A DNA stretch of 63,122 nucleotides, counting the filler, from Babesia bigemina (lineage: Eukaryota), in NCBI RefSeq assembly GCF_000981445.1. It is 7 parts of 7 records of this genome, joined end to end, with 100 filler letters (N's around TTAATTAATTAA, not from the genome) between each part and the next. Parts side by side here need not be neighbours in the genome. Positions count along the whole stretch, not along the records: positions 27,113 to 35,478 come from NW_012237009.1; positions 35,579 to 40,817 come from NW_012237010.1; positions 40,918 to 52,146 come from NW_012237011.1; 4 more parts are not named here. One strand, 5' to 3'. Under the pieces are notes generated by a model, which searched no databases, had not been told where the DNA came from, and worked only from the letters and a program-made list of their open reading frames with translations. The translations under genes were made by a program, and so were the position numbers. Positions 30,501 to 41,667 of this stretch are shown here, piece by piece (position 1 is the stretch's first letter; each line of letters opens with the position of its first letter).

Positions 30501-33310
30501 ACGTCGACAAGCAAGTGTCGGAGGCGCAAAAAGCACTCTCCACCCACGCCCGCAGGCAGTACGTTAGCTCAATAGACGCATTGCTCAGGGCATTCGCCAA
30601 GAAAACCGAGAGCGAATTAAAACCGCTGCTTATAGACGTTAACAGCGACTTGAATATCGGACTCAAGGGGTTCATGAAAAAATTCGATGAGAAGTTCGTC
30701 GGTAGCGTTGAAGCGATCGGCGCCATTGACGCTACGTCGTTCACTGTGCAGGGATTGCGGAAAATCTATCCGATGAGCCAGGCGGCCAAAATACTAAACG
30801 ATGGCTTTGATGAATTTTTTACTAAGTTGCAGAAGCAGCCTGATGTCGTGTCTGACGTTGACAAGTATGCGCCTACTCAAAAGGCTTTGCAGATATTGCT
30901 CGGAAAACTTGCGAAGTCTCAACACTTCGACCATGAATTTAACACGAGCTTAGGCGCACTCAAAGACGCTATTGCCAGATTCAATCCTTCGAAATTCGGT
31001 GATACGTCGACGGTGATCACACAATTTCTTAAGGATGGGCTTAGTGCTCTACTCGGAGAGATTGGCCGGGCTTATGTCAACACTTACGAAGGATCGAAAG
31101 CAATTTCATGGGAGGAAACGCTTGCCGTTAAGAAAACCGTGGAAGGTGAAAATGCCGCCAGAGTGTTCCTCACTACTTTGAAAATACTTTGCGATGATTT
31201 GTCCGAGCTGCATAAGCAGTGCACGGAGAAGGCCGAGTGGAGAGGGCGTCAAGTATATGCATCCGCCGCCACAAACGACAATCCGCTCGGTGATCACTTT
31301 GTCAAGTGTGGCTACCAGGTGGCCAGCGCAAAGGGTGGGCAGGACGGTGAGCTGAGATGTTCCCCCAAAATGATGGGCGAGAACATCCTGGCCAAGCTTA
31401 ACGCAATCGTTACTAGCGTTACCGAGACACCGCATTTCTTAACCTGCAAACCAAACGGAAAACAGAATATTTTCAGTGTTATCGATGTCATTACGTGCCT
31501 GTTCCAACATGCCAATGAATACTTCCGTGTCACCCACCTGCCCATTTCGTCCGCTGGTAGGTACCCGTCTTCCATATATGACATGCTTCGCTGGTTATGT
31601 GGTCTGACGTATCACCCCGTGTATGACGACTTGTCGTTGAACGCTTTCAGTGACCTGTTCGAGAAGAAGGAGGAACCAGACGCCAAGGTGCAGGGTGACG
31701 GCATCCCCGTTAAGGACGAGAAGGAAGATATGCTGGAGGCGCACCCGGCAAATATCACAGCCTTAAATCTTAGAGAGATGCTCACCGAGGTATGCCATTA
31801 TTCTTATGACGTCCTCGTCAGCCTGCTTGGTCACGGCCACGCTGGTGGTATCTATGCCTGCGACTTCAACACTAACCCGGATAGATTGTCCTACCCTAGT
31901 AACTCCTCTAAATGTCTCGATTTGCTAACAGAGATATGCCTTCGACTATTCCATCAACTGTCGTTCTTATATAAGCAGTGTACCTATCCCACCCAGCTGG
32001 GCGGCTGGCTTGACTGTCATTATGGCAGGGACGTCGGCGGGTCAAACTGGATCTGCAACACCATGCAATGCCCTAACCAAAACGCTGGGCAAACGCACAA
32101 CCAAACATGTGACCAAAAGTGCAACCAAACACCCAAGTGCGGACTAAAATCGCCACTACAGTCTTTCTTGGAAGACGGCCTGCCAGGGTTCCTGCCGCAC
32201 CCGTACGGCAAATCTGACTGCAAGATGAAGTGTGATGCGCCAAACCATTTTGGCAAGCCGTGCCAAACGCCGATGGGATTCGCCGATTTAACAAATCTGG
32301 CGTCCATTAATGGCACCGGTAAGCGTATCAAAGACGCCCTGCACCAATTTTGCGGCAAAGAAATTAGTCCACTTACCAAATTGTGCAGTGACTTAGTATG
32401 TCTTCTGCAACGTCCGCCACAGACTCTCGGTGATATGTTCGCCTTCTACTACAATTTCACCAATCGCTGGACTGTGGGTAGTAACAAGCATAGGGAAGCA
32501 GCATTCGATACCGCTGTGAACAATGCCAACTTTGGCGCTACTTATGAGGAGCTGAAGATTTACTACATTTTTTCTGGCAGTCATTCGGCAGTGTGGAAGG
32601 GACATTCTGCTGGTAGTCTCGGTAGTCTCGTTTGCTCATCGAAGGAGTCTATAGAATGCGGCCCGTATTTGTGTCCCGTTAGTCATTTCATATACGGTAC
32701 GTTCTCATCGAAACACGCCGATAAATATTTGTCGTGGATTGTCTATCAGACAACAACTTTCTACGATCTGCTCAAAAAGTTATATGACGAGTGCAATTCT
32801 AACTGCGGTCCAAAGGGATCCAACTGCTTAACCACATCCTGTGTTAAAGATTGCTTAAGGCTTAGAAAACCGCCAACCCCAAAGGAACATCATAGCGATT
32901 GTAAATCCATTGTCCAATGCAAAAAGACATTGCCGACTTTGTCAAAATACGGGTTCGTGTTTTTGCAGCAAGCCAAGTTAAACGGGAATGAAGGACTCGA
33001 GAAAAAACGCACGTGTCGAAATTTCTGTGCGGCATTCAAAGAAGTATTTAATAAGGAGTCTATACTTGTCGAACTAATTAAGAAAATTGATGAATTCATT
33101 TTCACCATCAGGCAGCCGTTTATATGGCTTAACGTCGCACTTTGGTCACTGTCCCTCTTCTACCTCATCTGCGTAATGGTTGGCAGACTGGATGTGCTGC
33201 ATATCAAATCACACTTGAGGATACCGTCATCGCACAAGATAACGGCGCAGTCGTTGTTGGCTGCAACGCAAGTCGGAAGGCTTGCCAAGATATCGTACCT
33301 GCAACCATAA
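27548..33310 (+). CDS. ves1: VESA1-like antigen g4, 1920-codon frame (TTG at 27548; first in-frame ATG at 28133), A-type tail
   Basis: ESIDWLIQVRYGNG, GYDGTGIVYSDLDRLCD, SPLQSFLEDGLPGFLPH, TM and LAKISYLQP; start codon uncertain. Confidence 0.87.
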   Translation: MSPLTALLTESIDWLIQVRYGNGKGLGELSQALKKLIEEAIKKANDSLDTRQKQLECPTTSASGSGVSYCQSQETEIQKANEQLKTLESNNPNDSKKQIAEQNAKIKKAEASKNDCAKTHYLPEEERDKGLDEVRQQREIVKKLTEFKDTLTNNNDILTHLCDGLEKFLGFNSDSKGYDGTGIVYSDLDRLCDAVMGFLSGVLSNIKEHLGQHKNSLDDAINILNTNKHAGKNGFSVAIGKVVEGVGRYNKAVEQSNTSIKNPIRTLYKYVKTEKGTLINGLNAIQVPDDAAHDAVEQAETQVRDKLTECQQAADTFNTAFNLRTQTDMNKSITDLNDKIETKVRHSISNVKHESERLKALAQKEQSDLDATIKLISDALSGLGVEVKNEICKQVRDLVEHLKGRVQLIKLQLEDIDKSLKQYAKELQQWIENADKEVQAAKSEAVGIENKKPGENNQRKLTEVAKALADRSGVLCRYIDDVKKEFNTKVKAALIEVQAMDGKLKEDLYKVKDAVNQQVEGIKSKIKNLNRILRYGEDADGSEEHQEIKQIVEYLRDQLKAITGSVGLRETSTTGLEGIRNKMNQYVKKYSKDKFGDTAEGWIKDIWRNNVVVRYWLGEYLGYKTEPGELPLSEHGKDVISEEILQRIASQIKEQLDADVIKHIEVKPQGNVQTQLTAIHGGINRFVELLGRRVTKENSTFVTGIAKQLESEVASILKAHHAKEIRYLESAVQSTMVALSSSARQAWAEIHSFALLATNLGTSGTTTSVADDIVKVFDAASGFEEKVKHALKHPPRGRPPSTPSHAAAVDAAITGVTEELGKKLKPGVGSAVTLDKDETFQQYNAFVDQSEESLKSLTSEKLEDVKENAGTLPTKIKEIGTYAATGFSVEATRESLGKWSGNIKDELKNVLDSFAFYGTLIKGMLDKHIKAIGKGTENQNTLQHLQKKLLELNAGPVTTALKEANDIIEKADDVTTNTLRPLRNHVDKQVSEAQKALSTHARRQYVSSIDALLRAFAKKTESELKPLLIDVNSDLNIGLKGFMKKFDEKFVGSVEAIGAIDATSFTVQGLRKIYPMSQAAKILNDGFDEFFTKLQKQPDVVSDVDKYAPTQKALQILLGKLAKSQHFDHEFNTSLGALKDAIARFNPSKFGDTSTVITQFLKDGLSALLGEIGRAYVNTYEGSKAISWEETLAVKKTVEGENAARVFLTTLKILCDDLSELHKQCTEKAEWRGRQVYASAATNDNPLGDHFVKCGYQVASAKGGQDGELRCSPKMMGENILAKLNAIVTSVTETPHFLTCKPNGKQNIFSVIDVITCLFQHANEYFRVTHLPISSAGRYPSSIYDMLRWLCGLTYHPVYDDLSLNAFSDLFEKKEEPDAKVQGDGIPVKDEKEDMLEAHPANITALNLREMLTEVCHYSYDVLVSLLGHGHAGGIYACDFNTNPDRLSYPSNSSKCLDLLTEICLRLFHQLSFLYKQCTYPTQLGGWLDCHYGRDVGGSNWICNTMQCPNQNAGQTHNQTCDQKCNQTPKCGLKSPLQSFLEDGLPGFLPHPYGKSDCKMKCDAPNHFGKPCQTPMGFADLTNLASINGTGKRIKDALHQFCGKEISPLTKLCSDLVCLLQRPPQTLGDMFAFYYNFTNRWTVGSNKHREAAFDTAVNNANFGATYEELKIYYIFSGSHSAVWKGHSAGSLGSLVCSSKESIECGPYLCPVSHFIYGTFSSKHADKYLSWIVYQTTTFYDLLKKLYDECNSNCGPKGSNCLTTSCVKDCLRLRKPPTPKEHHSDCKSIVQCKKTLPTLSKYGFVFLQQAKLNGNEGLEKKRTCRNFCAAFKEVFNKESILVELIKKIDEFIFTIRQPFIWLNVALWSLSLFYLICVMVGRLDVLHIKSHLRIPSSHKITAQSLLAATQVGRLAKISYLQP

Positions 33311-33455
33311 TCGTATTCACGTCTGTAATTCACTGTAACTCACGTAACTACTCACCTACTCACCTAACCGACTAACGTAGTCTAATGTCTCGAATTACTC
33401 TAGCGGCAACGTGTGAACTAAATAGCGTTGAGATTAAGTTATGACTGAACGACAA

Positions 33456-33952
33456 AGCAACGTGTTGAGCTAACATCCAGGCAAAGTGCTAAGCTAGCAA
33501 CCAGGCAAAGTGCTAAGCTAGCAACCAGGCAACGTGTTGACCTAGCACCCAGGCAAAATGATAAGCTAGCAACCAGGCAAAGTGCTAAGCTAGCAACCAG
33601 GCAACGTGTTGACCTAGCACCCAGGCAAAATGATAAGCTAGCACCCAGGCAAAGTGCTAAGCAAGCAACTAGGCAAAGTGCTAAGCTGGAATCCAGGCAA
33701 AGTGGTAAGCTAACAACCAGGCAAAGTGCTAAGCTAGCAACCAGGCAAAGTGCTAAGCTAGCCCCCAGGCAAAGTGATAAGCTGGCCACCAGGCAACGTG
33801 CTAAGCTAGCACTCAGGCAAGGTGCTAAGCGAGCACCCAGGCAACGTGTTAAGCTAGCATCCAGGCAAAGTGGTGAGCTAGCACTCAGGCAAAGTGCTAA
33901 CCTAGCACTCGGGCAACGTGTTAACCTAGCAACCAGGCAAAGTGCTAAGCTG
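33456..33952 (+). repeat. 24-bp 3' array after g4
   Basis: Same unit as 6386-6905. Confidence 0.95.
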
Positions 33953-34465
33953 GCGGATGAACCGTAATTTGGTAGGTGTTGTGGCACGTTGAGTGCCTGG
34001 TGCTTTGAGTTGCGCGTTGACTGTGAGAGGTGTCCGCGCTGCCCATTGAGTCAGTGTCACGTGAGGCTGGGTGATTGGTTGCTAACGTAGGCGGCCGTGA
34101 GCGCCGCGGCGGATGACCTAAGTCGTGTGTTGCGAGTCACTGGCAGGGTGGCGTAATCCGCGTTGGCCTGGTTAAGTAGCGTTTATAGGCTGCAATGTTG
34201 CGATTGTTAATATCACATTTAGGCACGTAGCCGACACGCTCCGCCAGCATGGCGCCGATACCGCGGCTCGTAGCACGGTGCTGCTGCACTGTGGGAGTTG
34301 AGCGCACGGGGTTGGCTGCAATTTACATGGCGTTGCGAATAGTGAAATATAAAGTGGCTCTTGGTGCTGATCACATGCGTCGCTTCAGGGCGGCTGTGGT
34401 ATCCCGGGCAGTGTGGGTGTCGGCGGCCCGGGCTGGGGGGATACAGGGGTGAGAGTAGGTGATGA
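33953..34465 (+). other. Conserved element U, copy 3
   Basis: Matches copies 1 and 2. Confidence 0.7.
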
Positions 34466-34690
34466 TGAGGGGACTGGTAGCGGCAGTGGTAGTGTTGCCG
34501 TTGGTGAGTGCGTTGCTTGAGTGATTGATATGTTCGCAGGTTGAGGGGAGTGGTAGCGGCAGTGGTAGTGTTGCAGTTGGTGAGTGCTTGCATAGGTGAT
34601 TGATATGTTTGCAGGTTGAGGGGGCTGGTAGCGGCAGTGGTACGCGTTGCAGTTGGTGAGTGCGTTGCTAGGTGATTGATATGTTTGCAG
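34466..34690 (+). repeat. ~75-bp tandem repeat with 35-36-nt intron-like segments (3 copies)
   Basis: Candidate introns at 34504-34539, 34580-34614 and 34656-34690. Confidence 0.8.
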
Positions 34691-34719
34691 GTTGAGGGGA
34701 CTGGGAGCGGAGCGGCAAG

Positions 34720-35178
34720 ATGACTTGGTGGGAGCACTGTAAGTGTGGCACCGGATGTACAAAGTCTAATTGTAGATGCTGTCACGTGTCCTGTGGAGGC
34801 TGTAGTGGATTATGTCCTGTATGTCGCGATACCTACTTCCCTCGTAAAAGTAGAGATGAATGCCATCGTGAAGGATATATAAAATGTGACAAAGACACAT
34901 GTATGTGTTTCTGTCGTAGAACTGTACGCGATGCCGCCAAACTCCAAGCGCAGCGTGTCGCGCTTGAACAGCGTTCCTCCGGTCAAGAGCATTCGATTAC
35001 CTCTTCCCGTGTCACCTCTTCTACCATGTCACAGCATTCCGCAAGCCCCTCTAATTCATCATCCTCCCCCGTCCCTTACATCATCGCCCCCGTCGCGCTC
35101 ATCATCGTCGTCATCTGCGTCATGGTCTACTTCCGCATCCGGCCGTTCCACAGGGTGCGGTATCTACTGCGCAGCTGA
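34720..35178 (+). CDS. Small Cys-rich single-pass membrane protein (152 aa)
   Basis: ATG start; 15 Cys in the first 65 aa, Ser-rich linker, TM VPYIIAPVALIIVVICVMVYF, basic tail; same context as 26456-26998. Confidence 0.75.
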   Translation: MTWWEHCKCGTGCTKSNCRCCHVSCGGCSGLCPVCRDTYFPRKSRDECHREGYIKCDKDTCMCFCRRTVRDAAKLQAQRVALEQRSSGQEHSITSSRVTSSTMSQHSASPSNSSSSPVPYIIAPVALIIVVICVMVYFRIRPFHRVRYLLRS

Positions 35179-35270
35179 TCGCAATACCCTAACTAACAAC
35201 TGACATCTAATGTTGTAGACAGAGTAATGGTCGCGTTGTTGACTAATTACATGAGCAGTGAGGTGACTAC

Positions 35271-35432
35271 TTCCTCTCCTCCCTACTCCTCCACATCATG
35301 GTCATCCGCCTCGACCTGCTCCACATCAAATCGCATCTACATAGTCCCTCATCACATCGTATCGCCGCGCAATCACTACTTGCTGCTGCACGTGTTAACA
35401 AGCTTAACAGAGTGTTTTATCTGCAACCATAA
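35271..35432 (+). pseudogene. Orphan B-type ves C-terminal fragment
   Basis: Reads LLHIMVIRLDLLHIKSHLHSPSSHRIAAQSLLAAARVNKLNRVFYLQP*; in-frame TGA at 35259; B-type 3' flank follows. Confidence 0.85.
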
Positions 35433-35478
35433 TCGTACTCACGTGTTTACTATCTTCACTCACCTAGCATCACCTACT

Positions 35479-35578
35479 NNNNNNNNNNNNNNNNNNNNNN
35501 NNNNNNNNNNNNNNNNNNNNNNTTAATTAATTAANNNNNNNNNNNNNNNNNNNNNNNNNNNNNNNNNNNNNNNNNNNN
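35479..35578. other. Artificial contig spacer
   Basis: 44 N + TTAATTAATTAA + 44 N. Confidence 0.98.
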
Positions 35579-38500
35579 AGCCTTCCGACTTGCGCAGCAG
35601 CCAACAATGATTGCGCAGTAATCCTGTGCGATGATGGTGATCTCAGGTGTGAGCGTATGTGGAGCACATCCAGTCTGCCAACCATTACGCAGATGAGGTA
35701 GAAGAGGGAGAGTGACCAGAGTGCGACGTTGAGCCATATAAACGGCTGCCTGATCATCCACATGTAGTTGTCGCACTCCTTGAACAATGCTGTGAAATGT
35801 GTCGATTGCAATACATTTTTCAGTTGTATGTGGAAATGATGGCAGTAACTCTTACTGGTATCGCCGTGTAATTTAGTCGAATCGCCAAATGTGAATCCGT
35901 AACTGTAGAAGGTACTACTTACACCGCGGCATTCGACAATTCCGCGACACTGACAGTTCTCAATGCCGTGCTTACCGCGAGAACATTTGGTGCCATGCGT
36001 ACAACGACTGCATCCCCAGTCGCGGCAGGAGATATTGCCGAATGAGTCCAGCAGTGATTTCAAGCAATCGTACAATGCCAATGGTAAATAGAGAGCCCAT
36101 GAAAAATACAGTTCTGAATGCTTCTCGGCGAGATAGGTGTATGAATCCTCGCATAGAGATTTAAGATACGGAGCGCAATGAAGCTTATCGCTACTAGCAA
36201 ACGTACATGGCGTCGATACCGAAAGCGTGGACAGGTCGACTTCCGTGAATTTCGAATGGCCTGAGCTACCGTGGCTGCCATATGCATTGCGAAGCGCAGT
36301 TGTGAGTTTGTCTGGTTCCTTATATAGATCGATGGACTCTTCCCTGGCTGATGTGTCGAAGGCTGTTTTGACGTCATTTGTACGAGAGCCGTCATTCTTT
36401 AGCATATTGGACAACGACAACGCGAACTGGAAGTGTTCTGGCAAAGTGGATGGTGGTTTGGTCATTAGACCGAATATCGGTGTGACATCTAGTTTGTCGA
36501 AGAAATTGGTTAGCACTTTGGATAGGTGTTTACCTGGCTTCGTACTCCCAGAGAAACCCCTAAAGCCAAGGGGCGTCAGACACGGCTGTCCGGGGAGGCC
36601 CTTGGGGCAATTGCTGCATACGGATTTGCATCCGATTGAAGTAACGTGGTGAGGTAGATGGCCGGTTAACGTGTCACTTAGGTACGCTTGAAGCGGTGAT
36701 CTGGGCAGGCAGTCGGTTTGCTTGTCATCTGGATGCTTATCACAATGCGATTTACCGTTCAAGATATCCTTGCCGTACAGACAATTTGACCAACCGAAAT
36801 GCTTAGTTCCAAGCTTACACTGGCTATGCAAAAATCTGAAGACTGGTAACAATCTGCGTAGGATGTCCAGCAATAGTTCCAGGCAACTGGCAGCATCAGT
36901 TGGATAATGTAGATTAAGCGAGTTATTGCAGAGGTCAACGGCATAAATTGTGTATGCGTCGCCGTAGCCGATGATCTCAGTCAGCACGTCATATGCTCTG
37001 GAACACAGGCGCTTCACTGCTCTCTGTGCTTCGTTACACTCAATTGGGTGTGGATACGCCTGTAGTGGTTGCTCGCTGACAACGGTCACGGGAATGTCAC
37101 CGTTCTCAGTTGGCTGGTTCTTAGGATCGACGAATAGCTCGCTGACAGCGTCACGCCATAGATCCTCATAGACGTCATTGCAAGGCAGACCAGACAGCCA
37201 ACAGAGCATCTCGTATATGGAACACGGGCGTCTCTTTGACGATGAAGTAGCTATGTGACCGATTTTGTAGTAATCGTTAAGGTAAATGTACATATTTTCG
37301 AGTGGTCGTCTAACGTTGTTGTCTGTATGGTACACATGATTATAGTCGTTGCCTACAAGGTACATTTGTATTCCTTTACCAGTCAAGTGTCTTTTTACTT
37401 CTCCATTTTGTTCAGTTGTGGAGTCGCAAACATCGTAGCCTTGATCGGCGACGAGTCTTGCGAGGTCACTAAAAGCGGTTGCTTGTTGTCCGCTAAGATT
37501 TCTGGAACCTCGTCTCAGAGAAGCCAACGAAGACCTTAAGGTCGAAACTACGCTCAGGAAAAGCTTACTTAACTTGGTTCCGTACGGCGTTAATTTATCT
37601 TTTTCGACGAGCTCAGCGCCAAACGTCTCCCCCGAGTACCTGCTCACGTACTGCTTCGCGAGCTCCGCGTGGAACGCCCGGACGCCGGCCCTGACGACGT
37701 TGAGCAGCGGGGAGGCCTCGGCGAATGAGGAGGGGGTGAGGGTGTCGAGCGCAGCTTGGAGGTCGGCGATATTGGAGGAGACGTCGGCAGAGAAGTGTTT
37801 TTGTTGGTGCATTGTGGACAGGAGGGCGGAGAGGGCGCCGGCGAGGGGGGTGAGGCGGTCAGGGGAGTGGTCGGGTTGGTATTCTAACATTTGGTAAAAT
37901 GTTGTGAAGAAGCTTTTTACATTGTTTGCTGATGTTTCGAGCTTTTGTTTCGGTAGGCTTTTTAGGTCTGCTGCGTTGACGGCGGTACTCAGCTTGGACA
38001 GCAGGCCTTTGACGCCGATCTTTATGTCGTCACTGATGATTTTTCTTATATCCCTGGTTTGATCGACGAGCATTGTTTTAAGTGCGTCCAATTCAGCTCG
38101 GTGGGTGTCTGCGAACATTTTCTTAACGTCAGTGTAAACATCATTAAAGGCTCTCTTGACGGTGTCGGTCAGCTGGTTCTTGGCTTCGGTGATTTTTGCC
38201 GTTAGACTCTCCTGGGCTTCTTCGACAATACGCTGTGCTGTTTCGATAGTCTGTTTAAGCAAAGAATCGAACTCAGTGATTTGCTTATCGAAATTCTCGA
38301 TGCTCTGTTTAAACTCGGTAACATTAACTTTTAGCGAATTCACCTGGCGTTTGATATCTATTTCAGCTTTATTCTTTATATCTGTGACAGCCTGTTGTAC
38401 ACCTCTAATCTTTGATTGGAGCTCATCAATTAGCCTCCGAATATCACCGCTCTCTCCGTCGTCAATCTTATGCAGCTTGGCAATCTCATTACGAATCGTT

Positions 38501-40817
38501 GGCACAACATTTTTTAGTTTGCGGTCAAGTATGTTATGAAACTCGTCATTTAACATGTCAATACCCCGATTGGCTGCTTTTGTGAGTAGCGGTTTGAGTT
38601 GCTTGTTGACGTCGACGTTGGTTATAGTCTCAACCCTTCTCTCAACACTGTCCTCAAGCTCCACCTGGTTGCCCAAATCGGTGCCATTTAAAAGTGCTTT
38701 ACCAAGATTTTTTTGAAACGTCGCAATATGTGAGTTCACATTCTCCAACGCCTTGGTAATCTTGTCGCCTGTCTCGTCTCCTCCACCTTTAGAGTCGCCA
38801 AGAATGGCTCTAATTGTTGTAACATTTGAGATGGTTGCTTGTATATTCAAGCCGAGATTATAGGCAAGATTCTTATTCGTAGATGTTAACGATTTGATCG
38901 CACTGGCAGTCTGTCTAGCCGCCGCAGCCAGAGATATCATTATGGCTTCCACGGCGACTTTCAAATCGGATGACTGGGAAGAAGACTCAAGATCTGGATC
39001 GGTTTTAATCGCACCATATACAGTTTCGAGAAATGTATAGGTTGTCAGCTTCGTTTCAATTTTTTGCGCAAAATCGTTACAAACGCTTTGAACAGCTTTC
39101 ACTGTTGTATCAATATCGGTAGAAATCGACTTGTTTCTATCCACCTCACTGATTAAGGTTGTGAGCTGCGTCATAATGAATGTCTTCATTTTGGTTCTAA
39201 AAGACTCATTGAGTTCATCATCTGTTTCGATTTCATGTTTGCGTTTAATTTCACTGTTTTTCTTCACATACTCAAGCAGATGTTTCTGCACAAGTTTATT
39301 ATTAATCAACACCCTGTCGATCCATACTGGTACTATCTTAGTTGCAAATTGCTCATTAGTGAACTTCTGCGCATATTCCTTCATATGATTTAAAATGTTG
39401 CCAATGTTACCCCTCTTGCTGTCTCCCTCCTCGTTGTATATTCGTTCAACAAGAGTCGTTATCTGTTCTTGAAGTCTGCTCCAATTCTTCGCTATGCTAT
39501 CTTTATTATCGTTTATGTCCTTTCCAACATTCACCTTTATATTGTCAAGTTGCCCCTGAACTAGATGTATATAGCTCTTAACGTATCCTTCGGTTTGATT
39601 TCGCATTTCGTTTTTAACAATCTCAAGTTTTTCTTTCAACTGCTCTTCAATATCAATCAAATGGATGTTTGCCTGGTCTGCAACCTCACTATGAACGGTA
39701 CCAATAGCATTCAACTGTTCCTGAAGAATACTCAATTGCTCATTAACGGCGCCGAAGACACCATTGAGATCATCAGATATCTTCTCAGTTTTAAGGAGGT
39801 TAACATTTCCATCAAGGTCTACTAACTTAGCCGCAATCTTACTCTGGTAATCACTTACCAACAATCCAGACGATGTACTAATTTCCGTGACATCTTCAAT
39901 CAACCGGCTAACCACGTCCATCAGGTGCCTTAAGTCAACTTTCTGTTTTCTTTCAATGTCGTTAATACTAACGTTAATCTGCTTAAATTGACCATCTAAC
40001 GCGCTTTGCAGCTGCTCTGTTTTAACGCTGATCTGTTTAGTGACATGCTCTTCTTGCCTCTTAAATTCGCTGTCTACTTTCGTTACTTGCCCCTCAAGTT
40101 CCTTATTATTCGCCGACTGCACTAGCATCATCACAGCCTTCTCAACAACCTTCATTTCACCGTTTATCTTCGTTTTCAACGCCTTATCTAGCTTGCTAAT
40201 GTGTTCACTTTTTATCTTAACAATCTCACTATAAAGGCTGGACACTGTATTTGTCCAAGTGGACAGCTGATTTTGAAGGGGGTCATTTGCATTCGTTTCA
40301 TTGATTTTATTGGCAATAGTTTCGCTGTTTAATTTGTTTAATTCATCAGTTACTTTTTTTGTTTTATCATTAACATTCTTATTATACCCCTCCAACCACC
40401 CCTTCACCGCGGCGACAGACTCCACAAGCCCAGTACGCCCGGAGCCAATTTGTTTAGTCAAAGTGGTAATAACTGTATTAATGTTGTTTTTATCATTTTT
40501 ATCATAAGTTGTCACTTCATTTTCGTTTTTCACCGCACTAAGCACACCACTCAAAAACGCCATCACCCCGTCACACAGCCTATCCAAGTCAGAGTAGACA
40601 ATCCCCTGGCCGTCGTAGCCTTTGGAGTCAGAGTCGAAGCCGAGGAAAGTCTCGAGACCGTCACAAAGATTCTCTAAGAGCTTTTTAGGCTCATTTGGAT
40701 GATTATTAAGATTAGTCAAAATTTCACAAAGTTCCTTCACTTTCTTCAAAGCCTCCAACTTGGAGTGCAATTTGGCTGGGTCAGCAGAGGAAGAGGGGGA
40801 AGAAGGAGAAGAAGTAA
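35579..40817 (-). CDS. ves1: VESA1-like antigen g5, truncated at both contig ends (A-type tail)
   Basis: Frame open across the whole contig; GYDGQGIVYSDLDRLCDGVMAFL ... AAAQVGR. Confidence 0.87.
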
Positions 40818-40917
40818 NNNNNNNNNNNNNNNNNNNNNNNNNNNNNNNNNNNNNNNNNNNNTTAATTAATTAANNNNNNNNNNNNNNNNNNNNNNNNNNN
40901 NNNNNNNNNNNNNNNNN
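40818..40917. other. Artificial contig spacer
   Basis: 44 N + TTAATTAATTAA + 44 N. Confidence 0.98.
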
Positions 40918-41359
40918 ATCGCCCCTTTACCCACTCTACATCGCTCCTTACTCCACTCTACATCGCCCCTTTAACCACTGTACATCGCCCCTTTATCCAC
41001 TCTACATCGCTCCTTTACCCACTCTACATCGCTCCTTTACCCACTCTACATCGCTCCTTAATCCACTCTACATCGCCCCTTAAACCACTCTACATCGCTC
41101 CTTTATCCACTCTACATCGCTCCTTTATCCACTCTACATCGCTCCTTTACCCACTCTACATCGCTCCTTTATCCACTTTACATCGCTCCTTAACCCACTC
41201 TACATCGCCCCTTAATCCACTCTACATCGCTCCCTAACCGACTCTACATCGCCCCTTTACCCACTGTACATCGCCCCTTTATCCACTCCACATCGCTCCT
41301 TTATCCACTCCACATCGCCCCTTTATCCACTCTACATCGCTCCCTAACCCACTCTACAT
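40918..41359 (+). repeat. 22-bp satellite S6 upstream of g6
   Basis: Tandem units. Confidence 0.97.
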
Positions 41360-41667
41360 TCCTCGAATTACCTTGCCTTTATATTGCTATGACCTCTATA
41401 AACCATCCTAATAACTTGTGCCTTGTCACCCTTCACTTCCTCTCTTCCACCTCTTGCCACTGCCCTGACCATGTGCCGCCTAGTGAGCTTGGCAAGAAAT
41501 TTGATAAAATTTAAAACCTTAAAAATACCTCAAATAATAACCCTACTAACATCCTCAATAACTTCTGCACTGGCCTCGAAACTTTCCTCGGCTTCAACTC
41601 TGAATCTAAAGGCTACGACGGCACTGGGATTGTGTACTCTGACCTGGACAGGCTGTGTGATGCAGTG
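41360..41667 (+). promoter_or_regulatory. Short-type leader of g6 with uORF 41389-41514 (TAA at codon 42)
   Basis: Homologous to the g1 leader. Confidence 0.6.
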
